From contig NW_015166485.1 in the NCBI RefSeq assembly GCF_001447785.1, positions 183,087-247,086 on the forward strand: DNA of 64,000 nt, written 5' to 3'. The DNA comes from Gekko japonicus. Taxonomy: Eukaryota. Under the pieces are notes generated by a model, which saw only the letters and a list, made by a program, of their open reading frames with translations, had not been told where the DNA came from and did no database searches. Below, piece by piece: positions 26,605-53,351 of this stretch (its first letter is position 1; the number at the start of each line of letters is the position of its first letter). The position numbers and the translations under genes are program-made.

Positions 26605-27569
26605 CTTACAAATACTGGGAGCTTGCAGAAATGGAGGGAATTTAGGACTTCACATAGCCCCTTCTCCCTGCTTGCAATGGCTTCTGACATCCTGCAGAAA
26701 TCGTTTGCATTTTACACATTGTATACTGCTTACTTTGGTCTGAGGAGAAGAGCCCAGACTCAGGATTTCTCCCTCAGGCCCTTAAAAAAGTGACAGGCAG
26801 CAAAATGGGAATCCAACCAAACATTCAAGGTGTTGGCAGATAGCCCTCAGGGAGACAGAGCTCACTGAATGGATGCCTAAGATTTGTGTATTGTGTGCAT
26901 ACATATTTTATGTCACCGTGGCTGGGGAGCATTTGAAGATAATGTTGTGTACTGGGGGGGGGGGGGGGGCACGGTACGATAGTTAAAGGTTGAGTCTGAG
27001 CCACTGGCAGAGAATCCTGACAAGAGATTTGGGAGGGGAGATCTCCATGTTTCTCCCTCCTGCAGTTCCACACAACAATGTAAGAATTCATAATGAAAAT
27101 CAGTATCTCTTATTCTCAGCATGGCCACGTCTGTGGATACTTAAATCCAGAGACTGAAGCCATGAAGAGACGGCACAAGCCAGGTTCGTAGAAAAATCCA
27201 GCCCTGATTTCTGTTAGTAAAGAGGGGGAGGTGGCAGGACCCTAAGTTTCCAGGCCTGTTTTGTCCTTTGAGGGAGGACTCGCCAACCACCCGGCGACTT
27301 TGCCTCCACATGACTTACACTGCTCACCAAGGCCCAGACGCTTGATTCTATTCAACAGCAGCCACCTCACAAAAACCAGGGTGGTGTAGCGGTTAGGGTT
27401 TAAGACTAGGAGCTGGAAGATACAGGTTTGAATCTCCACTCTGCCATGGAAGCTTGCTGGGTGACCTTGGGCCTTACCCACCTTGCAGAGTTGCTGTGAG
27501 GAGAAAGATGTGAGCTGCTTTTGGGGCCCCACTGCAGAGAAAGGCTGGGAATAAAGGAAGTAAAGAAGA

Positions 27570-28020
27570 TATTGGATTTATACCCCACCCTTCACTCCCC
27601 AAAGGCGTCTCAGAGCGGCTTACAATCTCCTTTCCTTTCCCCTCCTCACAAGCAGTGTTCCCACTAAGCGGAGTTAGTGTGAGCTAGCGCACAGTTTTTT
27701 AGCCTCCGGTTCACACATTCTTGTCTTAGCTCAGGAAGGAGGGCTCCAGAGCAAACTAATTTATGCAGTAGCCAAATCGCTCACTCACAACTTTAATGCC
27801 AGTAGCTCACAAAAGTAGACTTTTTGCTCACAAGACTCCACGGCTTGGAGGGAGCATTGCCTGTGAGGTAGCTGGGGCTGAGGGAGGTCTTTTGAGCAGC
27901 TCTGAGAGAACTTGTGACTGACCCAAGGTCATATCAGGAGCTGCATGTGGAAGAGTGGGGAATCAAACCTGGTTCTACCAGCTTAGAGTCCACGCTCCTA
28001 ACCACTATACCAAACTGGCT
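27570..28020 (-). mobile_element. Squam3-like SINE interrupted by hAT MITE copy 2 (27653-27859)
   Basis: Reverse-complement SINE halves flank an intact MITE. Confidence 0.8.
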
Positions 28021-28249
28021 CTCAGGAAGAAAAAAACATTAATATAGCTGAAGATTGGGGGGGGGGGTTTCTGTTAAACAGTTTGCTGCTGGGCAGGAAA
28101 GAGAGAAAGCAGCAGGGAATGTGAGGCTACGGAAGGGATTACAGGGGTAAGTGCATTCCCCACCGTGCAGCTGGAGCCACACAGAATTGTCCTAAGAAGA
28201 GGCTGCGGAAAGGGGGAACTGAAGATGGGAGAAGGCAAAGGTACAGTTG

Positions 28250-28500
28250 CCAGGTAAGGTAAAGGTTTCCCTTACACAAAAGCTAGTGGGATCTGACTGT
28301 AGGGGGTGGTGCTCATCTCTAAGCTGAAGAGCCAGCGCTGTCCGAAGACTTCTCCGTGGTCATGTGGCCGGCATGACTAAACGCCGAGGTGCATGGAATG
28401 CTGTTTACCTTTCAACTGAACGGGTACCTTGCAGTTTCTTGCTTTCAAAATGCTAGGTTGGCAGGAGCTGGGGCCAGACAGGAGCTCACCCCCATCACAT
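28250..28500 (-). mobile_element. Sauria SINE (degenerate)
   Basis: GGTAAAGGT tail in reverse complement; core GTGGTCATGTGGCCGGCATGACT. Confidence 0.75.
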
Positions 28501-28559
28501 GGCACTCGGGTCTCTAACTGCAGAACTACAGAACTTCCGTCTTAACCACATGGTTGCCA

Positions 28560-28730
28560 GGTTTTGTTGTTCAGTCGCACAGAGTCCGACTCTTCGCGAC
28601 CCCATGGACCAGATCCCGCCAAGTTGGCTCAATTTCATGTCCGTTGCCTCGATGACACTGTCTAACCATCTCATCCTTTGCCGTCCCCGTCTTCTTTGAC
28701 CTTCAATCTTTCCCAGCATCAGGGTCTTCT
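28560..28730 (-). mobile_element. Bov-B/RTE LINE 3' end fragment
   Basis: Translation MLGKIEGQRRRGRQRMRWLDSV is the characteristic Bov-B ORF C-terminus. Confidence 0.85.
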
Positions 28731-28911
28731 AGATTGGGAAATAGCTGGAGATTTGAAGAGGTGGAGCCTGCGGAGGGTGGGGCTTGAGGAGGGGAGGGAC
28801 TTCAGCGGGGTGTAATGCCACAGAGTCCACCTTCTGAAGCAGCCCTTTTCTCCAGGTGAAGTGATCTCTGTCTTCTGCAGATCAGTTGTAATATCGGGAG
28901 ATCGCCAGTCA

Positions 28912-29340
28912 TAGGGTTGCCAGGTCCAGTTTGGGAAATGCCAGGGGATTTGGGGGGTGGAGCCTGAGGAAGGTAGGGTTTGGGAAGCGGAGGGACTTCT
29001 GTGGCCATTTTCTCCAGGTGAACTGATCTCTGTTGCCTGGAGATCAGTTGTAATCCATGCTCCCTCTAAGCTGTGGAGTCCTGTGAGCAAAAATTCTACT
29101 TTGTGAGCTACTGGCATTCAAGTTGTGAGCGAGCGGTTTGGCTGCTGCACAAATTAGTGTGCTCGGGAGCCCTCCTTCCTGAGCTGAGACAAAAATGTGT
29201 GAGCCGGAGGCTACAAAACGGTGAGCTAGCTCACACTAACTCAGCTTAGAGGGAACACTGGTTGTAATAGCAGGAGATCTCCAGCCAGCATCTGGAGGTT
29301 GGCAACTCTATCCCGTCACCACCTGGAGGCTGGCAACCCT
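28912..29340. mobile_element. AGGGTTGCCA-TIR non-autonomous element interrupted by hAT MITE copy 3 (29055-29260, TSD GTTGTAAT); a further partial host copy at 28730-28910
   Basis: TIRs AGGGTTGCCA / TGGCAACCCT; 8-bp TSD seen on both sides of the MITE. Confidence 0.8.
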
Positions 29341-29599
29341 AGATAATGGTAGGTTCGGCGGGTGGGTGGGAAGGCCAGGAGGAAGCAGGAAAATGGGGGA
29401 AGCTACAGGGGCTGCCACCCACGGAGGAGGCAGGCAGGGGAAAGTGTTGGGGGGTCCTTCCATCTGCCCCCGTTCTGACGCCTGTCCCCCTCATTGCCCA
29501 GTGGATGTCGTCCGATTTAATACTGGCCGGGGAGGGGGGTTGAAACCCTGAGACCAGAATGGGAGCCAGGTCACCTTGGATCACCTGCCTTGAGGCCTT

Positions 29600-30235
29600 T
29601 GGAGGCGGAGCCCCGTGGGGTCATGTGACCAGGAAGCGGCAGAAGGCGGACACAACTGTGACCTCACTCTAACCTTTCCTTTCGCCGATGGCGAAACCCC
29701 GAATAACCCTTCTCTTCAACATCCGCCCCTTCCCTCTTCTGATTGGTGGCGGCCTTGTCTGGACTCCGGATCTCGAGCACCGGCTCCTCAAATCCAACAG
29801 CCCATTGAGTGACTTTTCTATCAATCATAAACACTCGAGGTTTTCCTATTGGTTCTTCCGTTTCCCGCCTCCCGCTCTCCTCCCTTGCAGCGGTCGCTTC
29901 CTCCTTTCATCGCCTCTCATTTCTCCGCCTCAGTTTTGATTCGCTCCTACCGCCAAACATCCCGCCCTGTTCCCCGCCTCCTCCTCGGCTCTCTTTTCAT
30001 AGGACGCTGCTTCCGCCAGTCTCAGCTCCCCCCACCCCCGTTTTTCTTTGACCGATTGGCCTTTGGGCCCGTCATTCACCGCTGCGTTCGGAACGGCGCG
30101 GACCAATCGGAGCGGGGAAAGGCGGAGCTTGGGAGTCGCCGGTTGCCGCGGGGTCATTCACTCGGTCCCGGCCAAGGCGCCGCCTGGTGAGGATCTCGGG
30201 GAGGCAATGCGCACGTGTCTCTTGGGGTGGGGGTA
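29600..30235 (+). promoter_or_regulatory. CpG-island promoter and likely non-coding first exon of PHKG2
   Basis: CpG-rich stretch with E-box/CLEAR-like GTCATGTGAC (~29620), several CCAAT/ATTGG boxes (~29742, 29828, 30055, 30103) and GC boxes, 3.4 kb upstream of the PHKG2 ATG exon. Confidence 0.7.
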
Positions 30236-31014
30236 GGAAGGGGTCGGGGCAGGGGACAGAGCTTCAGGCTGGGTTTCCGCCCAGGAACCTATTGCTAGTT
30301 CTAGGCCACGGCCCTGCGGTCGAAGCAGATAGCAACTCTGAGCATGAGCAGAGTGCCCGCCCCTAGACATTAAGCAGCCATGGGCTAGCCCCTAGGCTTT
30401 GGGAAGAGAAGATTTCCCCCGCTCAGGAAATTTGTCTTTCATGGATCCTTGCCTCGGCCCCTGCATGTTTTATAATGTTGTTGACAATTATTATTCACTA
30501 TTTATAAGCTACTTTCCCCAAGTATTCAAAGAGCGTCACTTAACTGTCCTGTACAGCTTAACTACGCTGCTGGGTAAGATCTCTGGCTCTTATCCTGAAA
30601 TGCCAGGTTTGGTCTACAGTCAGATCAAATTAAGACCACCATCATATTAAAACCAGGGTGGGGGGCAAAGGAACGGCACCTACTGAAAACAGAAGCCCCG
30701 TGTTTACAGGAAGTGGCGCTCGCTTAAGGAGGCAGGAAGGCGATCTTTCCTGTTTGGAAGGGGCTTGCAGTGACAGCAGGGGGCCAGCAGGAGAAGCTTT
30801 GCTGCGCTGTCAGGTGTCCCGGGGAGGGGGGAAGAGCAGCCTCCTGCCTTCCTCTTGCTATCAACCCCTCTGGCCTGCTTGCCTTCTAGAACCACTGTCA
30901 GATAACAGCTGGGTCAATGGATAATGGGTCAGCCTCCTTTAAAAAATTTTTTTACAGGTCCTGATTTTATTTATTTATTACTTATCAGTGGGGACCCAAG
31001 GCAGCTTGCGTGTC

Positions 31015-31205
31015 CCTTCCTTCCTTCCTTCCTTCCTTCCTTCCTTCCTTCCTTCCTTCCTTCCTTCCTTCCTTCCTTCCNNNNNNNNNNNNNNNNNNNN
31101 NNNNNNNNNNNNNNNNNNNNNNNNNNNNNNNNTCCTTCCTCCCTCCCTTCCCTCCTTCCTTCCTCCCTCCCCTCCCTCCCTCCCTTCCTTCTTTCCTTCC
31201 TTCCT
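31015..31205. repeat. (TTCC)n / (TCCC)n microsatellite spanning a gap
   Basis: Direct reading. Confidence 0.95.
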
Positions 31206-31565
31206 TTTATCCTCACAACAACCCCTGTCAAGGAGGCTAGGCTAAGAGTGTGTGGCTGGCCCAGCGTCACCAAATAAGCTTCCGTGGCAGAGCCGGGGGG
31301 ATTCGAACCCGGCTCTCCCAGACCCTAGTCCGACTCGCTAACCACCACACCACCGAGGCCTGGGGGAAAGAATGGGGGATTTCAGGGGGTTGGAGGTCTT
31401 GTGGGAGAGACTAGACGTTTCAGATCCTGTCATCCAGATTGCTTATGGGGTTTTGTACCTTAATGCTTAACCCGGGTCATAGAAGGAGACAGTCTGTTTC
31501 CGCCTCCCCAGTCAACTGGCCTTCAGTGCATGTTTACGGGTTTTGACCGGGGGTGTGTGTGTGTT

Positions 31566-32070
31566 CATTGCTCCCTCTAAGCTGTGGAGTCTTGTGAGCA
31601 AAACGTCTACTTTATGAGCTACTGGCATCAAAGTTGTGAGCAGGTGATTTGGCTACGCTGTTTGGTGTAGTGGTTAAGTGTTTGGTGTAGTGGTTAAGTG
31701 TGCGGACTCTAATCTGGGAGAACCGGGTTTGATTCCCCACTCCTCCACTTGCACCTGCTGATGTGACCTTGGGTCAGTCACAAGCTCTGGCACAGCTGCC
31801 CTTGAAAAAGACCCGTTTGTGTCAGAGCTCTCTCAGCCCCACCCACCTCACAGGGTGTCTGTTGTGGGGAGGGGAAGGGAAAGGAGTTTGTGAGCCGCTC
31901 TGAGACTCCAAGTGAAGGGCGGGGTATAAATCCAATCTCTTCTTCTTCTTCTTACTGCATCAATTAGTTTCCTCTGGAGCCATCCTTCCTGAGCTAAGAC
32001 AAAAATGTGTGAGCTGGAGGCTAAAAATCTGTGAGCTAGCTCACACTAACTCAGCTTAGAGGGAACACTG
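31566..32070 (-). mobile_element. hAT MITE copy 4 interrupted by a Squam3-like SINE (~31657-31952, + strand, duplicated head)
   Basis: MITE halves flank a full SINE; GTTTGGTGTAGTGGTTAAGT occurs twice in tandem. Confidence 0.85.
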
Positions 32071-32099
32071 TAATGTATAACTGATGTTGGCACTTTACG

Positions 32100-32300
32100 C
32101 ACACGTGCTGTATTGTTGAATCGCAGGTGACTTCTGGCGGCCCCAGCAAGGGGCTTTCAAGGCAGATTAGAAGAAGCAGGGGTGGTTGGCCGTGGCCTTC
32201 CTCTGCTGTCTTCCTTGGAGGTCTCCTATCCAAGTACTAGCCGGGGGCTGGCCCCGCTTAGCTTCTGAGATCTGACGAGATCAGGCTGTGCCATGCGACC
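32100..32300 (-). mobile_element. 5S rRNA-derived SINE
   Basis: Reverse complement of the 5S-like head (GCTTAGCTTCTGAGATCTGACGAGATCAGG). Confidence 0.7.
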
Positions 32301-32605
32301 TTCCCTCGCAGTACAACACTTCGGAATTGCAAATGACCGTAACGTAAAACTGCAGCAAACTCACTCTGGGTCATCCTGACCGTTATGGGGCTTGACCTAG
32401 TGAGACCTGGGCTGAAATTACAGCTCAGCTTGGTGGGCAGCATCGGGCAAGTCTCTGTCCTTTGGCCCAGCCTGTCTCACAGGGTTGTTATGAGGTCTGA
32501 ATGCTGCTCGAAGCTCCTTGACTTTGCAAGAGACAGACGGGGGCTGGAGTCCGTCCATCCCTGTGCCCACCAAGCCAGGAAGGTAGCCTAGATTTGGGTC
32601 CTCAG

Positions 32606-32802
32606 CAGAGTTCCCTCCGAGCTGAGTTAGTGTGAGCTAGCTCACAGTTTTTTAGCATCTGGCTCACACATTTTTGTCTTAGGATGTCTCCAGAGCAAAC
32701 TAATTCATTCAGTAGCCAGATCGCTCGCTCACAGCTTTAATGCCAGTAGGTCACAAAGTAGGATATTTGCTCACTAGACTCCTTGGCTTAGAGGGAGCCT
32801 TG
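32606..32802 (+). mobile_element. hAT MITE copy 5
   Basis: TIRs plus 8-bp TSD GTCCTCAG. Confidence 0.85.
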
Positions 32803-32912
32803 GTCCTCAGTGGAGTTATGAACCAATGGCTGTTCGGACGGTGCTGCTTAGGATTCTTCCTCGGATTGGGGGGCCCTAATTCTTTCCAGTTAGCAGGGAT
32901 TTGCGTCCGTGG

Positions 32913-33114
32913 TATTGTCCTGAGGGCTAACCCAGTCTTATTAGATCTCAGAAGCTAAGCAGGGTTGGCCCCGATTAGTTCTTGGACGGGAGGCCACCAA
33001 GGAAGCCCAGGGTTGCTGTGCAGAGGCAAGCAATGGCAAAACCACCTCTGCACACCTCTTGCCTGGGAAAGCCCGTGGGCTTGCCATAAGTCAGCTGTGA
33101 CTTGACAGGACTTT
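32913..33114 (+). mobile_element. 5S rRNA-derived SINE enclosed by a 76-bp inverted repeat
   Basis: GATCTCAGAAGCTAAGCAGGGT...GCCATAAGTCAGCTGTGACTTGAC. Confidence 0.8.
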
Positions 33115-33603
33115 CCACGGGCGCAAATTCCTGCTAACTGGAAAGAATTAGGGCCCCCAAATCCGAGGAAGAATCCTAAGCAGCACCGTCTGTTGGTGCA
33201 AACTTTATTTGAGGGCCCAAAGAGAGGAGCCTTATCAAAAGATGTGGCTTGCACAGGCATCGGTAGGGGTCAGTCAACAGGTAGGCCTCTTCTGCCTGAC
33301 TAAATAATTCTCCTTTGTCTCCTTCACCACACCCCTGGGAAGCAACGTGCTGTCCGGCATGTCTCTAGCTGCTTCACCCAACAACCCTCTCTGCTTCTTG
33401 CCTTTACTGCCGCATTTGCCCCTCCAAAGGGGCATTCCCGGCTTCTCTTCCCCGTCGTCTCCCGAGGTGCAGGCAGACAGTACATGTTTGCCATTGAAAA
33501 GCTCGCCCTGGCAGCACCCATTGGTTTGAATAGGTCTTCTCTGGACTCCCCTTCCCTGGCTTTTCAGATCTCCTATACACGTCCCCTCCACTCCTGCGGG
33601 AGG

Positions 33604-39187
<5,584 letters not shown>

Positions 39188-39796
39188 AGACGCGGTTTGC
39201 TGCTCCTGGGACAACTGGGATCACGGGGTCTCCGGCGTCCGTGGAGGAGGGAGGAGGGAGGCGCCTGGAGAACGCACACCCGGTGGACTGGCAAGTTGTG
39301 GAGACCTCTTGGAAGGGGGGACATTTGCCCTTGCATGCAAAGGGGTCCAAACGTGTGGGGAACCCGGGACCTTGCCTTCAGGATCATGGGGTCCTGAGTG
39401 TGCGGCTGGCAGGAGCGAGGGCCCTTAGATCTGCCTGGAGCCAAGAACACAGAGTGTCCGTATTGCTTGAGATGGTAGGGTTACAGAGAATTGGGGTGGC
39501 TACGGGGGGAGGGAGGGGTTCTAATTCTGCGCTGCAGGGTCTTTTTCCACATCTCTTCCCACAGCGAGGAGGTACCCTGCTTCTCACCCCTTCCAGCTGC
39601 CGAATCCCCCTACTGCCGTGTGAACTGGCATCATGTCCGGGCAGTGTTAGTTGGCTGGGGGGCCAAGAGGGGGTGGGAGGAGGGAACCAGGACCAGACAC
39701 TGCAGCCCGCTGCTTCTCTGTTCAAGGGAACTGGGCTGAGCCCTTCTGTGTGTTTCTATGTTTGTATCCCCCACCTCTATTCATGTCATTCTTTAG

Positions 39797-39802
39797 AATA
39801 AA
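39797..39802 (+). terminator. Probable PHKG2 polyadenylation signal
   Basis: AATAAA about 610 nt after the stop. Confidence 0.65.
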
Positions 39803-39818
39803 AATGGAACTGTGGCCC

Positions 39819-40259
39819 AAACTGGTGTCTGATCATTCCCAGAAAGGAGAGGGGCGTGTGTGTGCTCTGTGTTGGGAATGGAGCCGGAGGATAGAGAGAT
39901 GACTCTTCCAGTAGCACCAAGCAATCCCAAAGGGGGTACACAAGGCAGTTAGGGCAGAGGGAGTGCAGTGAGCGAAGGGAGTGTGGGGACAGGATGCGCT
40001 GGGTGCTGGAGGGGGGGGGCCCTTCAGCTTGAAAACAGAGGAAACTGGTGTCTGATCATTCCCAGAAAGGAAGGGAGGGGATGCTCTGTGTTGGGAATGG
40101 AACCGGAGGATAGAGAGATGACTCTTCCAGTGGCACCAAGCAATCCTAAAGGGTACACAAGGCAGTTAGGGCAAAGGGAGTGCAGTGAGCGAAGGGAGTG
40201 TGGGGACAGGATGCGCTGGGTGCTGGAGGGGGGGGGCCCTTCAGCTTGAAAACAGAGGA
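39819..40259 (+). repeat. Tandem duplication of ~220 bp (39819-40041 and 40042-40259)
   Basis: Two copies with few differences, starting AAACTGGTGTCTGATCATTCCCAG. Confidence 0.9.
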
Positions 40260-40767
40260 TGTAAATTCTGCTGAGCCAAACTAACCTTAAGGAGGAGCCC
40301 CTTCACCTTTGGCAGTCTGTCTAGCCGAATGTGTCATCATGGGCACTGGCCAATAGGGGCCTGTGCCCCTGCCATGTTGAGTATTGGGGGAGGGGGGGCT
40401 TTTGGTGCAGAAGTCCTAAAAGAGCTCTCCCTCCAGGAAATGGTCTGGATCCCAAACAGCGACTGGCTGTCTGGAAAGCTCCATAATGTTTTAAGAAAAC
40501 ATTCCCAGGGAATGCAGCCTTTCCTTAGTCATTCTGTAGGGGACCATCGCCTAAAGTACATCACACTTCTAAAACCCATCTCTCGCATCACTCTTAATTG
40601 AATGCTTTAAGTGCGAGTTCGGGAGGAAACAAAAAACAGTGAAGAAGATCAAATAATCAAGAGAGGGGGAGGAAGAATAAGGAGCAACGTTTGCAGTCCT
40701 TGATACTGAGAAGCCGAATGCTGCCCTCATTTGGTCACAGTTTGGCAAACCTTCCTCCTTTCTGATC

Positions 40768-41235
40768 AAGGTTGCCAGCTCTGGGTTAAGAAATACCTGG
40801 CGATTTTAGGGGTGGAGCCTGAAGAGGGCGGGGTTTGGGGAGGGGAGGGACTTCGACAGGGTACAATGTCGTAGAGTCCACCTTCCAGAGCAGCCATTTT
40901 TCTCCAGGGGAGCTGACCTCGGTTGCCTGAGGATCAGTCGTAACCAGGGTTCCCTCTGAGCTGAGTTAGGGTGAGCTAGCTCACAGTTTTTTAGCCTCCG
41001 GCTCACACATTTCTGTCTTAGCTTGGGAAGGAGGGCTCCAGAGCAGGCTAATTTATGCAGTACCCAAATCGCTCACTCGCAACTTTAATGCCAGTAGCTC
41101 AAAAAGTAGAATTTTTGCTCACAAGACTCCACAGCTTAGAGGGAACATTGGAACTCGTAACAGCAAGAGATCTCCGGCCACCAACTACTTCTGATGTGCA
41201 ACAGAAGGCTTTGGGGTGGTGGTTCTTTGCAACCT
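40768..41235. mobile_element. AGGGTTGCCA-TIR element interrupted by hAT MITE copy 6 (40945-41150)
   Basis: Same host family as 28912-29340 and 46187-46400; degenerate TSD GTCGTAAC/CTCGTAAC. Confidence 0.8.
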
Positions 41236-41281
41236 CTACCATGCCCAGAAAAAAAGAAGGCACCGTCCTGCTCTCAAAATA

Positions 41282-41287
41282 TTTATT
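41282..41287 (-). terminator. Probable CFAP119 polyadenylation signal
   Basis: TTTATT on + (AATAAA on -), 16 nt past the stop. Confidence 0.6.
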
Positions 41288-41303
41288 CTTCCTTCCTCCC
41301 GGC

Positions 41304-51299
<9,996 letters not shown>

Positions 51300-51310
<11 letters not shown>

Positions 51311-52035
51311 CGCTGATTGCCCAGGAGACCCGGACGGGAACAAGCACCCGTTGTCATGGCAACCCCGGCTTCAGCCAATCGGAATTCAATCTATATTTGC
51401 CGAATCAGAATGGGCAACGCAGAAAGGGGGTCGGGAAACGAGTAATGCGCACGCGCACTACTCAATATTGAAGCTTCTCTTTAGTAGTTGAGGGAGCAAG
51501 AGCGAACTACCAAAGAGATTGGGGGGGAAAAAGTGACATGCAGCGGAACTTTCCAGGAAAAAAGCTAAATTACGCTACCGGCTATAATCTCAGAGTGGTA
51601 TCGTTCTAGGTCTTGCAAGCCTTATATATATTTAGCGGTGGAAAACGAGGTCACTTCTTCATCCGTCTCTACGCGGAGCTACCACGGGGACGCAGAGCGA
51701 ACCAATCACAGAGCCTCAGCTAGCGGTGACCAATCACAAACGCCAACCATCTCGGTCTTTACCCCATCCTCGTCCAATCTATCCCGTCTTCCGCCCGAAC
51801 GATTCGCAGGGGGATGAGCCCGCCCACGGTGTCGCTTTTGGCCAATAGAAAAGCACTGGCGGCCTCGTCTGGGTGCGGTTGCGCATGCGCCTTGGAGTGA
51901 GCTGGGGGCGAAGGGTCTGGTTAGCGCTGACGGCTGAGGGTGGGCCTGCGAATGGCTACTCGAGAGCATGCGCAGTAACTGCTCTGGTGTTTCTGGTTGG
52001 AGGCGTCGCATGGGGGGGAGGGGACGCCTGGGCAG
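51300..52035. promoter_or_regulatory. Bidirectional CpG promoter shared by CFAP119 and RNF40, including the RNF40 non-coding exon 1 (donor CAG|GTGAGA at 52035/52036)
   Basis: CpG-rich; CCAAT boxes (~51375, 51702, 51730, 51774, 51842); NRF1-type GCGCATGCGC at 51881-51890; genes lie head to head. Confidence 0.75.
51350..51363. promoter_or_regulatory. RFX X-box upstream of the ciliary gene CFAP119
   Basis: GTTGTCATGGCAAC, a near-perfect palindromic X-box 40 bp upstream of the proposed ATG; a weaker X-box-like TTGCCCAGGAGAC at ~51317. Confidence 0.75.
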
Positions 52036-52101
52036 GTGAGAGAGAGAGAGAGAGGGGAGCCCCTCCCTCGGTTGGTGGGCTTCCCTCTGTTACCCCCCCC
52101 T

Positions 52102-52982
52102 GCTGCCATTCTTAACAGTGCTTATGTTACTGCATCTATAGCTCTGCAATAAAAGTATCACCGTTCCTGAATGCGTGTACTTCGTTGTTGGCTGTGGGTT
52201 CTGACACCTAGGCCTGAACGTCACAGATAAGAGCTTGATCACTGGTCCTTTTTTCCAAGTCACAGCCACCTTATGGCAACTCCATAGGGTGTGCAAAGCA
52301 GGAAGTGTACAGAGGTGGTTTGGAATTTGCCTGCCTCTCTGTGGCAACCCTGGAATTCCCCAGTGATCTTCCATCCCAGTGCTACTCAGGGCCAGGGCTA
52401 TTTTTGGGCAGGAACGCACAGGAACGGAGTTCCAGCTGGCTTCCAAGTTGGCCACACCCAGCAGGAACTCATTAGCATAACAGGCCACACCCAGCAGNNN
52501 NNNNNNNNNNNNNNNNNNNNNNNNNNNNNNNNNNNNNNNNNNNNNNNNNNNNNNNNNNNNNNNNNNNNNNNNNNNNNNNNNNNNNNNNNNNNNNNNNNNN
52601 NNNNNNNNNNNNNNNNNNNNNNNNNNNNNNNNNNNNNNNNNNNNNNNNNNNNNNNNNNNNNNNNNNNNNNNNNNNNNNNNNNNNNNNGTGTGGCCCAATA
52701 TGCTAATGAGTTTCTGCTGCTGGGTGTGGCCTGTTATGCTAATGAGTTCCTGCTGGACTTTTTCTACAAAAAAAGCCCTGCTCAGGGCCCATCCTGTTTA
52801 GCTTCAGTGATCTGATGAGATGGGGCTGCCTTCCTTAGGAAACCAGCAGAGGGGTTAAACAGGGTTTCCTGGGGCCAGGTTGTGAAGCTGGTATCCATAG
52901 CTGGTATCCATAGTTCTGCATCTAGATTGCCTTGACACACGCTCAAGTCCAGCATCCTGTATCTTCTCCCACATTTCCTTTC
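52102..52982 (+). repeat. ~880-bp segment duplicated at 54884-55772; contains a CAGGGCTTTTTT-TIR DNA element
   Basis: Sequences match apart from about one substitution; the first copy spans an N-gap. Confidence 0.9.
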
Positions 52983-53351
52983 ATCCTGCCATTTCTACAC
53001 AAATGCACAGGACGGAGGGGGAAGAGGCCGGCCTCCTGTCTGCAGTTCCCCCCTCCCTTCATCGGCTAACCCTGCCATTGCAGCGATTCACACAGTTGTG
53101 CTGCCCTCCATTTTTTGCTTGTGTTCTTAACTCCCTCCTTTCCCCCCCTTTTGTCGCTAGAACTGGGGCAAGCAAAGTCTTCTTCATACCTTGGGGGTAG
53201 TATTAGGTTGTTGTGATGCGTGTCCTTCTGTTGATAGGCAACCACCTCTCGACACCCACCCACCCTTTTCTCTTTCTCCATTTTAGCTGAGGAGTTGTCT
53301 CCTTGGCTGCCTGCCTGAGTCCTCTGCTCTCCCCCACCGTTTCAAGTCACC

